64,000 bases of DNA from an uncultured bacterium. GTDB lineage: Bacteria; Patescibacteriota; Minisyncoccia; UBA6257; 2-01-FULL-56-20. The stretch lies in assembly GCA_963844965.1 (NCBI GenBank), contig CAWJQC010000007.1, forward strand, positions 256,001-320,000, written 5' to 3'. The notes below the pieces were generated by a model that saw nothing but the letters and a program-made list of their open reading frames with translations, made no database searches and had not been told where the DNA came from. Position numbers and translations under genes: made by a program. Each line of letters begins with the position of its first letter. The first letter of the stretch is position 1. Below are positions 7,895 through 16,985 of this stretch, piece after piece.

Positions 7895-10288
7895 ATGGCC
7901 ATTTATCTCGTAATTTCATTTTCGATCGGCGCCGTCTTGGGCGTTTGCGTTTATTTTATAGGGAGATTTTTCGTCAGGCGCAGGTTATTTGAATCCCTGA
8001 ATTACGCGCTGTTTTTGGTCAAGCTCCCGCGGGAGGCGGTTCCCGAAAAAACCGAGAGTGCTGAAGGGCGTGATTTCAAAGTTCAACTCGCCCACTTTGA
8101 GCAGCTCTTGGGCGGTCTCCTGGCCATAAAGAAACCGGTTGTTTTTGAAGTGGCCGTTCCGCACCTCGGCGAGGAGATACATTTTTACATGTCGGTTCCG
8201 AAGTTTTCTGGCGAGACCGCTACGAAGCTGATCCAGGGTTTGTGGAGCGGCGCAAGCGTTGAGCTCGCGCCGGACGATTTTAATATATTTAACGTTAATG
8301 GTGCGGCTGCGGCGGCGTACTTGGAGCAAAAAGAAAGTTACGCCTTGCCGGTGAGAACTTACAGCGAACTGGGGATTGACTCTTTTGAATCCATCGTCGG
8401 CGCGTTTTCAAAGATAAAGGAAATAGGTGAAGGAGCCGCTTTGCAGTTGGTTTTCCGTCCGGCTCCCGCCAAGCTGAAGAGAAAAGTGCACGGTTACATA
8501 AACCTGCTCAAAAAGGGGGTGCCGCTCAAAAAAGTTCTGAATTACGAGTTTCCGGTTGGCATTTCGGATATCGGAGAGATATTCAATCCGAAGACGAAGG
8601 AGAAAATACAGGAAGAGAAAAGCGAACGCGTGATTGACGAAGAAGCCGTGAAAGCGCTCACGGCGAAGATCACGAAGCCGCTTTTTGAGGTCAACGTGCG
8701 GCTCGTCGCCTCGGCGCCGTCGGAATTCCAGGCGAAGGATATCCTGGACGGTATGACGGCTGGTTTCAGCCAGTTTGCCGCACCGCTCAGGAACAGTTTC
8801 AAGATTATAAGGGCGCGCAACCCTAAGGGTCTGATTCGCCAGTTTATTTTCCGAAATTTTGACGCCGGCAAGAAGATGGTGTTGTCAAGCGAAGAAATCG
8901 CGAGCATTTATCATTTGCCAATCTCTTCCACCGAGACGCCGAAAATAAAATGGCTGAAGTCAAGGGAGGCGCCGCCGCCGCCGAATCTGCCCGCGACAGG
9001 CGTTCTCGTGGGCGAGAGCGTTTTTCGTGGTCAGAGAAAACCCATTTATATCACGGACGCGGATCGCAGACAGCACGTGTATATTATCGGTCAGACCGGC
9101 ACGGGCAAAACGACCTTGATCGGCGACATGGTGCTTGAAGATATCAAAAGCGGCAAAGGAGTCGCGATAATTGACCCGCACGGCGATCTGGTCGCGAACG
9201 CCCTGAGCTTCGTTCCCAAGGAGCGCATTGACGACTTGATTTATTTCAATACGGGAGATTTAGAACGTCCGCTCGGTTTGAATATGATTGACTACAATTT
9301 CAACCGCCCGGAAGAAAAGACGTTCATTGTGAACGAGATGCAGGGCATTTTCAACAGGTTGTTCGTCGCCGAGACCATGGGGCCGATGTTTGAACAGTAC
9401 ATGAGGAACGCTCTCCTGCTTCTCATGGAAGATATGCCTAACGAGCCGGCGACCCTGATAGAAGTGCCGCGGGTTTTTACGGACACAGAGTACCGCATGC
9501 GCAAGCTTGAAAGGATCCAGAACCCGGTGGTCGTTGACTTCTGGGAAAAAGAAGCGGTAAAAGCCGGCGGCGAAGCGTCATTGGCGAACATGACGCCCTA
9601 CATCACCTCCAAGTTCAACAATTTTATCGCCAACGACTATGTCCGCCCGATTATCGGGCAGGCGAAGTCGGCGTTCAACTTCAGGCAAGCGATGGACGAA
9701 GGAAAAATTTTGCTCATAAACCTGTCAAAAGGAAAGATAGGGGATATCAACGCCGGACTTCTCGGCATGATATTCACGGGAAAACTTTTGATGGCTGCTC
9801 TTTCGCGCGTGGACGTGCCGGATATTTCTAAACGCCGCGACTTTTATCTTTATATAGACGAGTTCCAGAACTTCACGACCGATTCCATTTCCACGATCCT
9901 CGCCGAAGCGCGGAAGTACCGTCTGAATTTGACTATGGCCCACCAGTTCATCGCCCAGCTTACGGAGAAAATACGCGATTCCGTTTTCGGCAACGTCGGT
10001 TCACAGCTCGTCTTCCGCGTTGGCGCGCAGGACGCGGAATTTCTCGTCAAGCAGTTTGAACCGACGTTCAATCAGAACGATCTGTCAAATATAGACAACC
10101 TGAACGCCTACGCGAAGATTCTCATAAACGGCATGACCTCAAAGCCGTTCAATTTGAAAATTCTGGGCACTTCCTGGAACCACGGCGACCGCGAACTCGC
10201 GGAGAAGCTTAAAGAGTATTCGCGCACGAAGTACGGCATGGACCGGCACGTAATAGAAGAGGAAATTTACAGAAGGTTGAGAGAATAA
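7895..10288 (+). CDS. Type IV coupling protein-like (VirD4/TraD/TraG family, DUF87/HerA-type) membrane ATPase
   Basis: N-terminal TM segment; Walker A GQTGTGKT; IDPHGD; Walker B-like LYIDEFQNF; AEARKYRLNLTMAHQ region typical of T4CP ATPases. Confidence 0.55.
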   Translation: MAIYLVISFSIGAVLGVCVYFIGRFFVRRRLFESLNYALFLVKLPREAVPEKTESAEGRDFKVQLAHFEQLLGGLLAIKKPVVFEVAVPHLGEEIHFYMSVPKFSGETATKLIQGLWSGASVELAPDDFNIFNVNGAAAAAYLEQKESYALPVRTYSELGIDSFESIVGAFSKIKEIGEGAALQLVFRPAPAKLKRKVHGYINLLKKGVPLKKVLNYEFPVGISDIGEIFNPKTKEKIQEEKSERVIDEEAVKALTAKITKPLFEVNVRLVASAPSEFQAKDILDGMTAGFSQFAAPLRNSFKIIRARNPKGLIRQFIFRNFDAGKKMVLSSEEIASIYHLPISSTETPKIKWLKSREAPPPPNLPATGVLVGESVFRGQRKPIYITDADRRQHVYIIGQTGTGKTTLIGDMVLEDIKSGKGVAIIDPHGDLVANALSFVPKERIDDLIYFNTGDLERPLGLNMIDYNFNRPEEKTFIVNEMQGIFNRLFVAETMGPMFEQYMRNALLLLMEDMPNEPATLIEVPRVFTDTEYRMRKLERIQNPVVVDFWEKEAVKAGGEASLANMTPYITSKFNNFIANDYVRPIIGQAKSAFNFRQAMDEGKILLINLSKGKIGDINAGLLGMIFTGKLLMAALSRVDVPDISKRRDFYLYIDEFQNFTTDSISTILAEARKYRLNLTMAHQFIAQLTEKIRDSVFGNVGSQLVFRVGAQDAEFLVKQFEPTFNQNDLSNIDNLNAYAKILINGMTSKPFNLKILGTSWNHGDRELAEKLKEYSRTKYGMDRHVIEEEIYRRLRE

Positions 10289-10642
10289 AAACCACCGCCT
10301 TAGCGGTGGCACGGGAGCCGTCCTCTGTTCTAGTCTTTTTTTTGCGGTTTTTCTTTTCCGGTTTTTCCCGGAAAAGAGAAAATTTGCCGAACGCATTTTG
10401 CCGTTGCCCTCCTGAACGAAGATGTTGAACTTCAGGCCCAGCGATTCTTTGCTGTCCACGAAAGTTCTGACCTTGCGAGCGTCGCCGTCCACAAGCCAAA
10501 CGTCGTGTTTCCCTCCTTCGTTGTCAGGGACGCCGCGAAAAGCGTTTTCTTCTGGAAACTCTCTGGAGAAGAACGTATTAGTATGTGCGTTAAGCGGTTC
10601 CACAAACCATCTATACTGGCGGCCTTTCTCCTCTTTAGCCAA
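10139..10642 (-). CDS. Hypothetical small protein; boundaries uncertain
   Basis: 167-aa ORF whose 3' end overlaps the VirD4-like gene by about 150 bp; the N-terminal 100 aa look protein-like, the rest is low complexity. Confidence 0.25.
   Translation of the reverse strand: MAKEEKGRQYRWFVEPLNAHTNTFFSREFPEENAFRGVPDNEGGKHDVWLVDGDARKVRTFVDSKESLGLKFNIFVQEGNGKMRSANFLFSGKNRKRKTAKKRLEQRTAPVPPLRRWFLFSQPSVNFLFYYVPVHAVLRARILFKLLREFAVAVVPGSAQNFQIERL
10293..10320 (+). terminator. Rho-independent terminator after the VirD4-like gene
   Basis: ccaccgc ctta gcggtgg hairpin followed by a T-rich stretch. Confidence 0.5.
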
Positions 10643-10820
10643 CTGGCACCTCCTTGTTGTTGATCCTGCTGATTTGAACTGGTTTGATAGTAGAGGAAAT
10701 ATTTCCTCCGGTCAACTGCGCGGGGCATTCCGCGGGGAGCGGAGAACGCGGCCCTGGTCCGTTTGCTACAATCTTGCGGCAGTAATATTATTTAAAGCAA
10801 CATCTGAAAACCTCAAATAA

Positions 10821-11993
10821 ATGAAGAATTTTATGAAGACGGTTTGTTTCACTATAGCGGCGGTTGTCCCGCTCGGTTGCATTTCCGCTGTTTTTGCCGC
10901 CGCGCCGTTTTACTACGCCGGTTGGATACCATTTTGGCAGGAGCAGAGCGGGGCGCACGACATCGCGCCGCATCTCGGCAACGTTCGTGAGGTAAGCCCG
11001 TTCTCTTATGAAGTGAATTCCGACGGCACGCTTGTGGACGACCTGCATATCAACCAAGGTTTTTGGCCGGCGTGGCTCGCCGCCGTGCGCGACGGCGGCG
11101 TAAAGGTAATCCCGACCATCGCCTGGTTTGACGGGAGCAGTATCCAAAAACTACTCTCCAACAAAACGCTTCGCATAAAACACGAAGACATAATCGCAAA
11201 GTTGGTTAAGGACAATAAATTTGACGGCATTGACATTGACTATGAAGGTAAGCTCGCGGCAACGAAGCCCTATTTTTCGCTTTTAATCCAAGGACTCGCG
11301 ACGCGTTTGCACGGAATGAAAAAAACTCTTTCCTGCACGGTTGAAGCGCGCACGCCGCCCGCGTCCATATATGTCACAGTTCCCAATCCGCTCCGCTACG
11401 CCAATGATTACGCGGTTCTGAACAAATATTGCGACGAGGTGCGCATAATGACTTATGACCAGGGGACGATTGATTTGAAATTGGACGCCGCTAAGGGCAA
11501 CGGGAAACTCTACGCGCCGGTCGCGGATACGGATTGGGTTGAAAAGGTCATCAAGGAGACGATAAAAACGATAAGCCGCAAGAAAATAATGCTCGGCGTT
11601 CCAACATATGGTTATGAATATGAAGCTACGTGGTCGGAAGGAGTGACGACTTATCGCCGGCTGCGCAGTCTGAATTATTTCACCGCCATGCAACTAGCGA
11701 ACTCCGCTGGCGCGGTCGCTTTGCGCAATAACGCCGGCGAGCTCGGTTTTTGGTACACTTCAAGCACGCTTATAGAGACATCGGCGGCGCTCCGCACAGA
11801 TGTCTCATCAACAATTCCTTTGGAGATTGTCTCTTCCACCGCCAATGGCGGCATAACGCGCTTCGCGTCGTTCAGCGACGCGGGATCCGCCGCGGCGAAG
11901 ATCGCGCTTGCCAAACATTACGGTCTCCGCGGGGTCGTTTTCTTCAAATTTGACGGCGGTTTTGACCCCTTGCTTTGGTCAAAGATGAACTGA
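10821..11993 (+). CDS. Secreted glycoside hydrolase family 18-like (chitinase-like) protein
   Basis: Signal peptide; FDGIDIDYEG resembles the GH18 DGxDxDWE catalytic motif. Confidence 0.5.
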   Translation: MKNFMKTVCFTIAAVVPLGCISAVFAAAPFYYAGWIPFWQEQSGAHDIAPHLGNVREVSPFSYEVNSDGTLVDDLHINQGFWPAWLAAVRDGGVKVIPTIAWFDGSSIQKLLSNKTLRIKHEDIIAKLVKDNKFDGIDIDYEGKLAATKPYFSLLIQGLATRLHGMKKTLSCTVEARTPPASIYVTVPNPLRYANDYAVLNKYCDEVRIMTYDQGTIDLKLDAAKGNGKLYAPVADTDWVEKVIKETIKTISRKKIMLGVPTYGYEYEATWSEGVTTYRRLRSLNYFTAMQLANSAGAVALRNNAGELGFWYTSSTLIETSAALRTDVSSTIPLEIVSSTANGGITRFASFSDAGSAAAKIALAKHYGLRGVVFFKFDGGFDPLLWSKMN

Positions 11994-12183
11994 GGCCGGA
12001 GCTTATTTATGCTTTGCCGCAAACTTCGTTTTGCTCCGCCTCAAGTTGCGCGAAATACATTTATAATCTATATTATCTTCAGTCGCCTTTTGAGATTATA
12101 GTTCGTAAGTTCGGAAAAGGGGGTGCCTTACGGAAAAAATCTGCGACCTTGATTACTTTTTCGCGAGGGACGGCATCGTTTAT

Positions 12184-13080
12184 TTGGTGAGGGGATATTA
12201 TCATCCGTCTGAGGGAGTTCTCGCTTACCCCGTTTTTTGGCCAGACGAGAGTGGCGACCGTTTGCATCCTTGGCGCGGCAGATACCGGAAAGACGTTAAA
12301 GAGTTCAATGAGAAAATTTTTTCGCTGCATCCGGAATATCGCCACAATTTCGTTCCGCGCAATTGTCCGCTCGTGCCTTGGAGCGATATTGATGAAGTTC
12401 TCCATCCGAGGAGCAAGACGCGGATATTTCTGGAGCGGGAGAAGCGAACGGTGTGGCACGCCATAATTCTTTACCTGGCGGAGAAACTCTCCGTTCCGCT
12501 TGAAGACATAGGAATTTTCGGCTCGTACCTTGTGGACCTCAACAGGAATATGGATGGCCAGCACGTAAAAGACGTTGATATCGCCATTTACGGGTTTGAT
12601 AATTTTGTCGCCGTAAAGAACGGTATGGAAAAGCTGCTTCACCACTTCGGATTCGGGCATATTTCCGAAGACCATATCCGCTACCACGCGGAGAAATTCG
12701 GCAGAGAGTTTTCTCCTCGGGCTAATTCGTTCGAGAAGACGCTTGCGAACAAATGGTCGTCAATCCAGATCAGACCTGGACTTTTGAGCACGCTCCGGTT
12801 CGTGTATAAAGAAAACGAGATTCCGCCGAATCCGGTGCAAAGCGGTATCGTGGATGTTTGCAGGATCGTCGGTGAAGTTACGGATGACTCCGGTTGTAAT
12901 TTCGTGCCGCGAGTTTTCAGAGTGAACGCGGGCGGGACGGAGTGCACCGTGGTTACGTATTGCTGGGCGTTCCAGGCGTGCGTGAAGAAGGGCGACCGCG
13001 TGGCAGTTACAGGAAACTTGCACGAAGATCGCCGTACCGTGAGCATTGACGCCCCCCAGCAAGGCATAAAGATCCTATGA
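12184..13080 (+). CDS. Hypothetical protein with a minimal nucleotidyltransferase-fold signature
   Basis: FGSYLVDLNRNMDGQHVKDVDIAIYG fits the GS-x(n)-DxD pattern of Pol-beta-type NTases; no closer assignment. Confidence 0.35.
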   Translation: MVRGYYHPSEGVLAYPVFWPDESGDRLHPWRGRYRKDVKEFNEKIFSLHPEYRHNFVPRNCPLVPWSDIDEVLHPRSKTRIFLEREKRTVWHAIILYLAEKLSVPLEDIGIFGSYLVDLNRNMDGQHVKDVDIAIYGFDNFVAVKNGMEKLLHHFGFGHISEDHIRYHAEKFGREFSPRANSFEKTLANKWSSIQIRPGLLSTLRFVYKENEIPPNPVQSGIVDVCRIVGEVTDDSGCNFVPRVFRVNAGGTECTVVTYCWAFQACVKKGDRVAVTGNLHEDRRTVSIDAPQQGIKIL

Positions 13081-13112
13081 GAACTTTTTCTGGAAAAAAG
13101 AACGCCACGGAG

Positions 13113-13784
13113 TTAAACCGTGGCATTTTTTCGAACCCGTTCTTGTTTTTTGAGACAATCAACGAGATATTTTACGATCTTTTCGCAATTTTCTTCCGGA
13201 GTGGTGCTCACAAAAACTGCGACATTATGCTTCCTGGCGTCATCAATAAGGAAGTTTTGCTGTATCTTTTCAATGCGCCAGATCTTTTCGCTTAGCCAAG
13301 CCTTCTGAACGCCATGGCGCCTGTCGAATTTCTTCGCCAGAAGTTCCTTGTGGTGAGCGTGGTTTCTGGCGATAAGCAAGATGTGGAATACCCTTGCTTC
13401 CGGGATGTTTTGGTATAGGGACGGGAGAAGATGCACTCCTTCAATCATTGTGTTTTCCCCGACTCTAATGATATTTTTTCGGATAATCGCCCTGGCGCCT
13501 CTCCGCAACGCGCGGCAGTGGCCGAGAAAACCTTTCGCGAAATTGCTTTCTGTGGACTTGCCGAACAATCTCCAGCGGTTATGGCTTCTGCCTTGTATAA
13601 TCGGCCGGCGGTCGTAAAGGCGCATGACGTCGCGTATTTCGTCCATGCCGATGACGGTGGCGAACCTGAGGGCAGCGGCGAGCAGCACGGCCGTTGACGA
13701 TTTTCTGGTCCCGGCCATGCCGCAGATGAGGATCAATACCGGCCTCTTTCCTTCCGTGAATTTCTTCACGAGCCATTTGTTCAT
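13113..13784 (-). CDS. P-loop NTPase / small-molecule kinase-like protein
   Basis: Walker A ICGMAGTRKSST near the N-terminus; 223 aa; last gene of the MiaB-like/HD operon. Confidence 0.4.
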   Translation of the reverse strand: MNKWLVKKFTEGKRPVLILICGMAGTRKSSTAVLLAAALRFATVIGMDEIRDVMRLYDRRPIIQGRSHNRWRLFGKSTESNFAKGFLGHCRALRRGARAIIRKNIIRVGENTMIEGVHLLPSLYQNIPEARVFHILLIARNHAHHKELLAKKFDRRHGVQKAWLSEKIWRIEKIQQNFLIDDARKHNVAVFVSTTPEENCEKIVKYLVDCLKKQERVRKNATV

Positions 13785-14419
13785 TTATGCCTCCTTTCGC
13801 TTAGCGGTGCATCTTTTCAATTTTCGCAAGACCATCGCTAGTGCGCAATAAGCATTTACATCGGTCTTTTTCGCGAGTTCAAGGAACGCTTCCGCTTCTT
13901 TTATCCAGCGGGGAAATTTAGCGCGATTGGGATTTGATCGCGGTATGAGCGGGGCGCGCCTTATCGTGTCATACTTGTCGGCAATGCCAAGGAGTTTTAT
14001 TCCCCGGCTTCCGTTGCGGACAAAATCATTGAAGAACCGCGCCTTGAGGATTTTCTTCTCGGCTTCGGTTTCGTGGGCTTCTGGCATCCGAGTTACTCCT
14101 TTAACGATATCGTGTGTTTCGGGACGAATAGGTGCTCAATCGTTTCCAGCGCAACGCCGCCGTCTTCCACGACGTCGTGCAGAAGGGCGGCGGCAAGCAG
14201 ATGGTAATCGCGGACACGGAACGTTTCAAAGAGAAAATTGAACACGGCGAGCGGATGGACGAAGTACGGATATGATTCAATTCCGAATTTTTTCTGCCCC
14301 CGATGCGCCGCTTCAGCCATGTTGTATGCCCGCCAGAGCGCCGATTGTTCGGCGCAGGTAAGTTGCCTGGCGTTCTTCATGAATCGGCGCTTTGCGGCTT
14401 TGAGCGATGGGTAACGCAT
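13785..14419 (-). CDS. SpoT/RelA-type HD-domain (p)ppGpp hydrolase-like small protein, split by a 1-nt frameshift near 14090
   Basis: HRGQ...YFVHPLAV...LLHDVVEDGG motifs in ORF 14093..14419; the adjacent ORF 13785..14087 continues the HD fold (KLLGIADKYDT resembles LIKLADRLHNMRT) in another frame. Confidence 0.5.
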
Positions 14420-14440
14420 GCGGCCTCCTTTCTTTGCGGG

Positions 14441-15640
14441 CTAAAACCCGAAGTGATTTAGAAGAATTGCTTTAAGATCCATTTTCCGCAACGATTGCCA
14501 GAAAATCTTATGCGAAAGCTTTTTCTTTCTGCGGATTTTTTCTTCCTCGGTCACTTTGCCGCCCATTGAGTGCGCGAGAGTGCCGTGGCGGTCGCTATAG
14601 GGGAAGATTTTCACCTTGTTGAAGTGGAATTTATCTAAGACTGCGGAGGTCGCAAGAAAGTCCGCTTCGGTTTCGCCCGGAAATCCGACGATGATGTGGG
14701 TGTTGATCTTGAGGCGAGGATTTGCCTCCCGGATGCGCTCAAGAAGAGGGAGCACGCGTTCCATGGCATACGGCCGCTGCATCAGGTTGAGAATCCTTTG
14801 ACTGCCGCTTTCAATGGGAATGGTGATGAAGATAATTTTTGGCGAGGAAAGCGCCGCGAAAAGCCGTTTTTCGTATCTAACAAGCGCGGCTGGATTGAAT
14901 TCGGTGAGCACCAATCTGAAGTCCTGTTTCATCGCGAGGATTTGCTCTAGAAGATCGGCGATGCTCTCGCCGCGGTCTTGGCCGAACATTCCTACGTCAT
15001 CTGCGTTGAGGGAAAAAATACAGTATCCTTCCTCAAGACCGCACAGGAATTCACGCATAATATCCGCTGTTGGCTTTGATACCAGTTTGCCGCGGGCAAG
15101 CCGTTCGGCGCAGTAGGTACAGGTTCCGAGGCATCCTTCTGAAATTTTGAGATGGAAGACTTTTTCCTTGTCGTAGAGATACGTAAAGTAATCGTCGCGC
15201 AGGAACACGCGGTTCAGCAGCCGCATCAATCTTCCGCCGCGAGACCACTCCCTATGCACTTTGTGACCTATCTTGCGTTCGGCACGACTGAGATTGAACA
15301 TATTTATCGCTTCTTCCAGATTTCGGCCGGAGAAAAATCTCCCTTCGGCATTTATCTCGCGCAATCTTTGAGGATTGATGTCGGGCAGACAGCCGAAAAC
15401 GACCACCTCCTGGTTTTTTCGTTTGGCGTTGAGGAGCTTCGTGATCTCGCTGACGGCTTTTTCTTCGGCGCTTTCCATGAACGCGCAGCTGTTGATGAGG
15501 ATGATATCTGCTTCGTTCGCGCTTGGCGCTTCAATCCAGTTGTTCGCGCTGAGCAGTTCTTTCACGTCCTCTCCACAGAGCATCAGTCGGACGCACACAT
15601 TCTCGTTGACCAGGTGAAATTTCCGCGGAAGTTTGCCCAT
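14441..15640 (-). CDS. MiaB/RimO-family radical SAM methylthiotransferase-like protein
   Basis: N-terminal MTTase domain (ILINSCAF), radical SAM CLGTCTYC (Cx3Cx2C); 399 aa. Confidence 0.65.
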   Translation of the reverse strand: MGKLPRKFHLVNENVCVRLMLCGEDVKELLSANNWIEAPSANEADIILINSCAFMESAEEKAVSEITKLLNAKRKNQEVVVFGCLPDINPQRLREINAEGRFFSGRNLEEAINMFNLSRAERKIGHKVHREWSRGGRLMRLLNRVFLRDDYFTYLYDKEKVFHLKISEGCLGTCTYCAERLARGKLVSKPTADIMREFLCGLEEGYCIFSLNADDVGMFGQDRGESIADLLEQILAMKQDFRLVLTEFNPAALVRYEKRLFAALSSPKIIFITIPIESGSQRILNLMQRPYAMERVLPLLERIREANPRLKINTHIIVGFPGETEADFLATSAVLDKFHFNKVKIFPYSDRHGTLAHSMGGKVTEEEKIRRKKKLSHKIFWQSLRKMDLKAILLNHFGF

Positions 15641-15775
15641 TTTTCGTTTCCTTTTATGGTTAAAATTTCAACGGAACCTATAGCTACCTGATTATTAGCA
15701 TAAAGTTGGGTCGTGAGTCAATTTTAAGTTTCGGATAGGCTTTGAAGTTTTCAGGGAACATATCGGTCCCAACAT

Positions 15776-15835
15776 GCGAACCGGAAAGGTTCGCTGAACG
15801 AAATAAAGGGCCTGGATTCCCGGGCCCTTTTTCTG
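15776..15835 (+). promoter_or_regulatory. Two-hairpin terminator-like structure in a divergent intergenic region (attenuator or small-RNA 3' end)
   Basis: gcgaacc ggaaa ggttcgc hairpin, then aaagggcc...ggcccttt hairpin, then a T tract; lies about 75 bp upstream of the 15909 start. Confidence 0.35.
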
Positions 15836-15908
15836 TGTGAAAAACCGCAATTTGCTCTATATAAAACCAAAATGAAACTTTTTACCGGCACTTATCGTAT
15901 GTATAAGT

Positions 15909-16850
15909 ATGAAAAACAACAAATTGTGGTTTCTGGTGTCGGCTTTAGGGGTTGTGATGGCGGTTGGTTTCGCTTTCAGCGCGGCGCACGCTCAAATGCC
16001 GCAGGGTAATTTTGGCCAACCGGGCCAACAGGGAGGCGGTTTTGGCCAGGGAAACCCGGCAGGAGGACCAAATTCCGCGCGTCACAACATGAAGATGCCG
16101 TTCTCCGGCGTGACCGGCACCGTGACGGCGGTGAATGGCATGACGATAAGTGTTCAAAGCTCGCGTGCGTCAAGCACGATTTACGCCGTTGATGCGAGCA
16201 ATGCGACGGTGAGGAAAAATAACGCTACAAGTACGGTTTCCGCGATCGCGGTGGGGGACAGGGTGCTCGTCAGGGGCACGGTGAACGGCACTTCCGTTAC
16301 CGCCGCGAGCATTATTGATGGAAATTTTGGTCGCGGTTTCGCTGGGAACGGGAATCCGTTCAATGCCAGTTCGTCGGCCAACGGAATGCCATTCGGTCGC
16401 GGCAGAGGCGGCCGTCCGTTCGGCGCGGTGAGTGGAACAATGCCGTTCGTGAGCGGTACATTTCCTTTTGCGAGCGGGACATCGCCGTTCGCCAGCGGCA
16501 CGCCGCCGTTCGGCAGATTCGGCGGGCTTGGCGGAGAAAGCATCACGGGCACCGTGGCCTCGGTTGGCAATTCAACGCTAACCGTGACTGGGAATAACGG
16601 GACAACGTACACAGTGGATATTTCAAGCGCCACGCTCGTGAAGCAGGGGAACGCGACAAGTTCGGTCTCGGCTATCAACGTCGGCGACAGTGTGCAGATC
16701 CAGGGTAACGTGAGCGGCACTTCTGTCACCGCGAACATAATTGTTGATAATGTCAGCCAGAGTTCTTCCAATCGGGGGTTCTTCGGCACCATCGAAGGCG
16801 CTATCGGAAACCTTTTCTCCAAACTGTTTCATTTCAATTTCAGGTTCTAA
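15909..16850 (+). CDS. Secreted Gly-rich repeat protein with two DUF5666-like ~70-aa repeats
   Basis: Signal peptide; internal duplication (TGTVTAVNGMTISVQ... versus ITGTVASVGNSTLTVT...); PFxSGT tandem repeats between them. Confidence 0.55.
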   Translation: MKNNKLWFLVSALGVVMAVGFAFSAAHAQMPQGNFGQPGQQGGGFGQGNPAGGPNSARHNMKMPFSGVTGTVTAVNGMTISVQSSRASSTIYAVDASNATVRKNNATSTVSAIAVGDRVLVRGTVNGTSVTAASIIDGNFGRGFAGNGNPFNASSSANGMPFGRGRGGRPFGAVSGTMPFVSGTFPFASGTSPFASGTPPFGRFGGLGGESITGTVASVGNSTLTVTGNNGTTYTVDISSATLVKQGNATSSVSAINVGDSVQIQGNVSGTSVTANIIVDNVSQSSSNRGFFGTIEGAIGNLFSKLFHFNFRF

Positions 16851-16985
16851 CTCCAAAAATTATCTGGCAGTCGTCAGCAAAGCCCCGAATGAATCGGGGC
16901 TTTGTTGATTGTTCTAAAATAAAAAGCGCCGTCCGGTTGGGCGGCGCGCGCTGTAATGTGTGGTGAATAAGCCGTAATTTCTTAA

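Noticed and set aside
12079-12687. 202-aa minus-strand ORF overlapping the NTase-like gene
   Set aside because: Antisense shadow of the 298-aa plus-strand ORF; no independent support
16181-16856. Minus-strand ORFs (213 aa, 77 aa) antisense to the secreted repeat protein
   Set aside because: Low-complexity translation produced by the Gly/Thr-rich coding repeats on the plus strand
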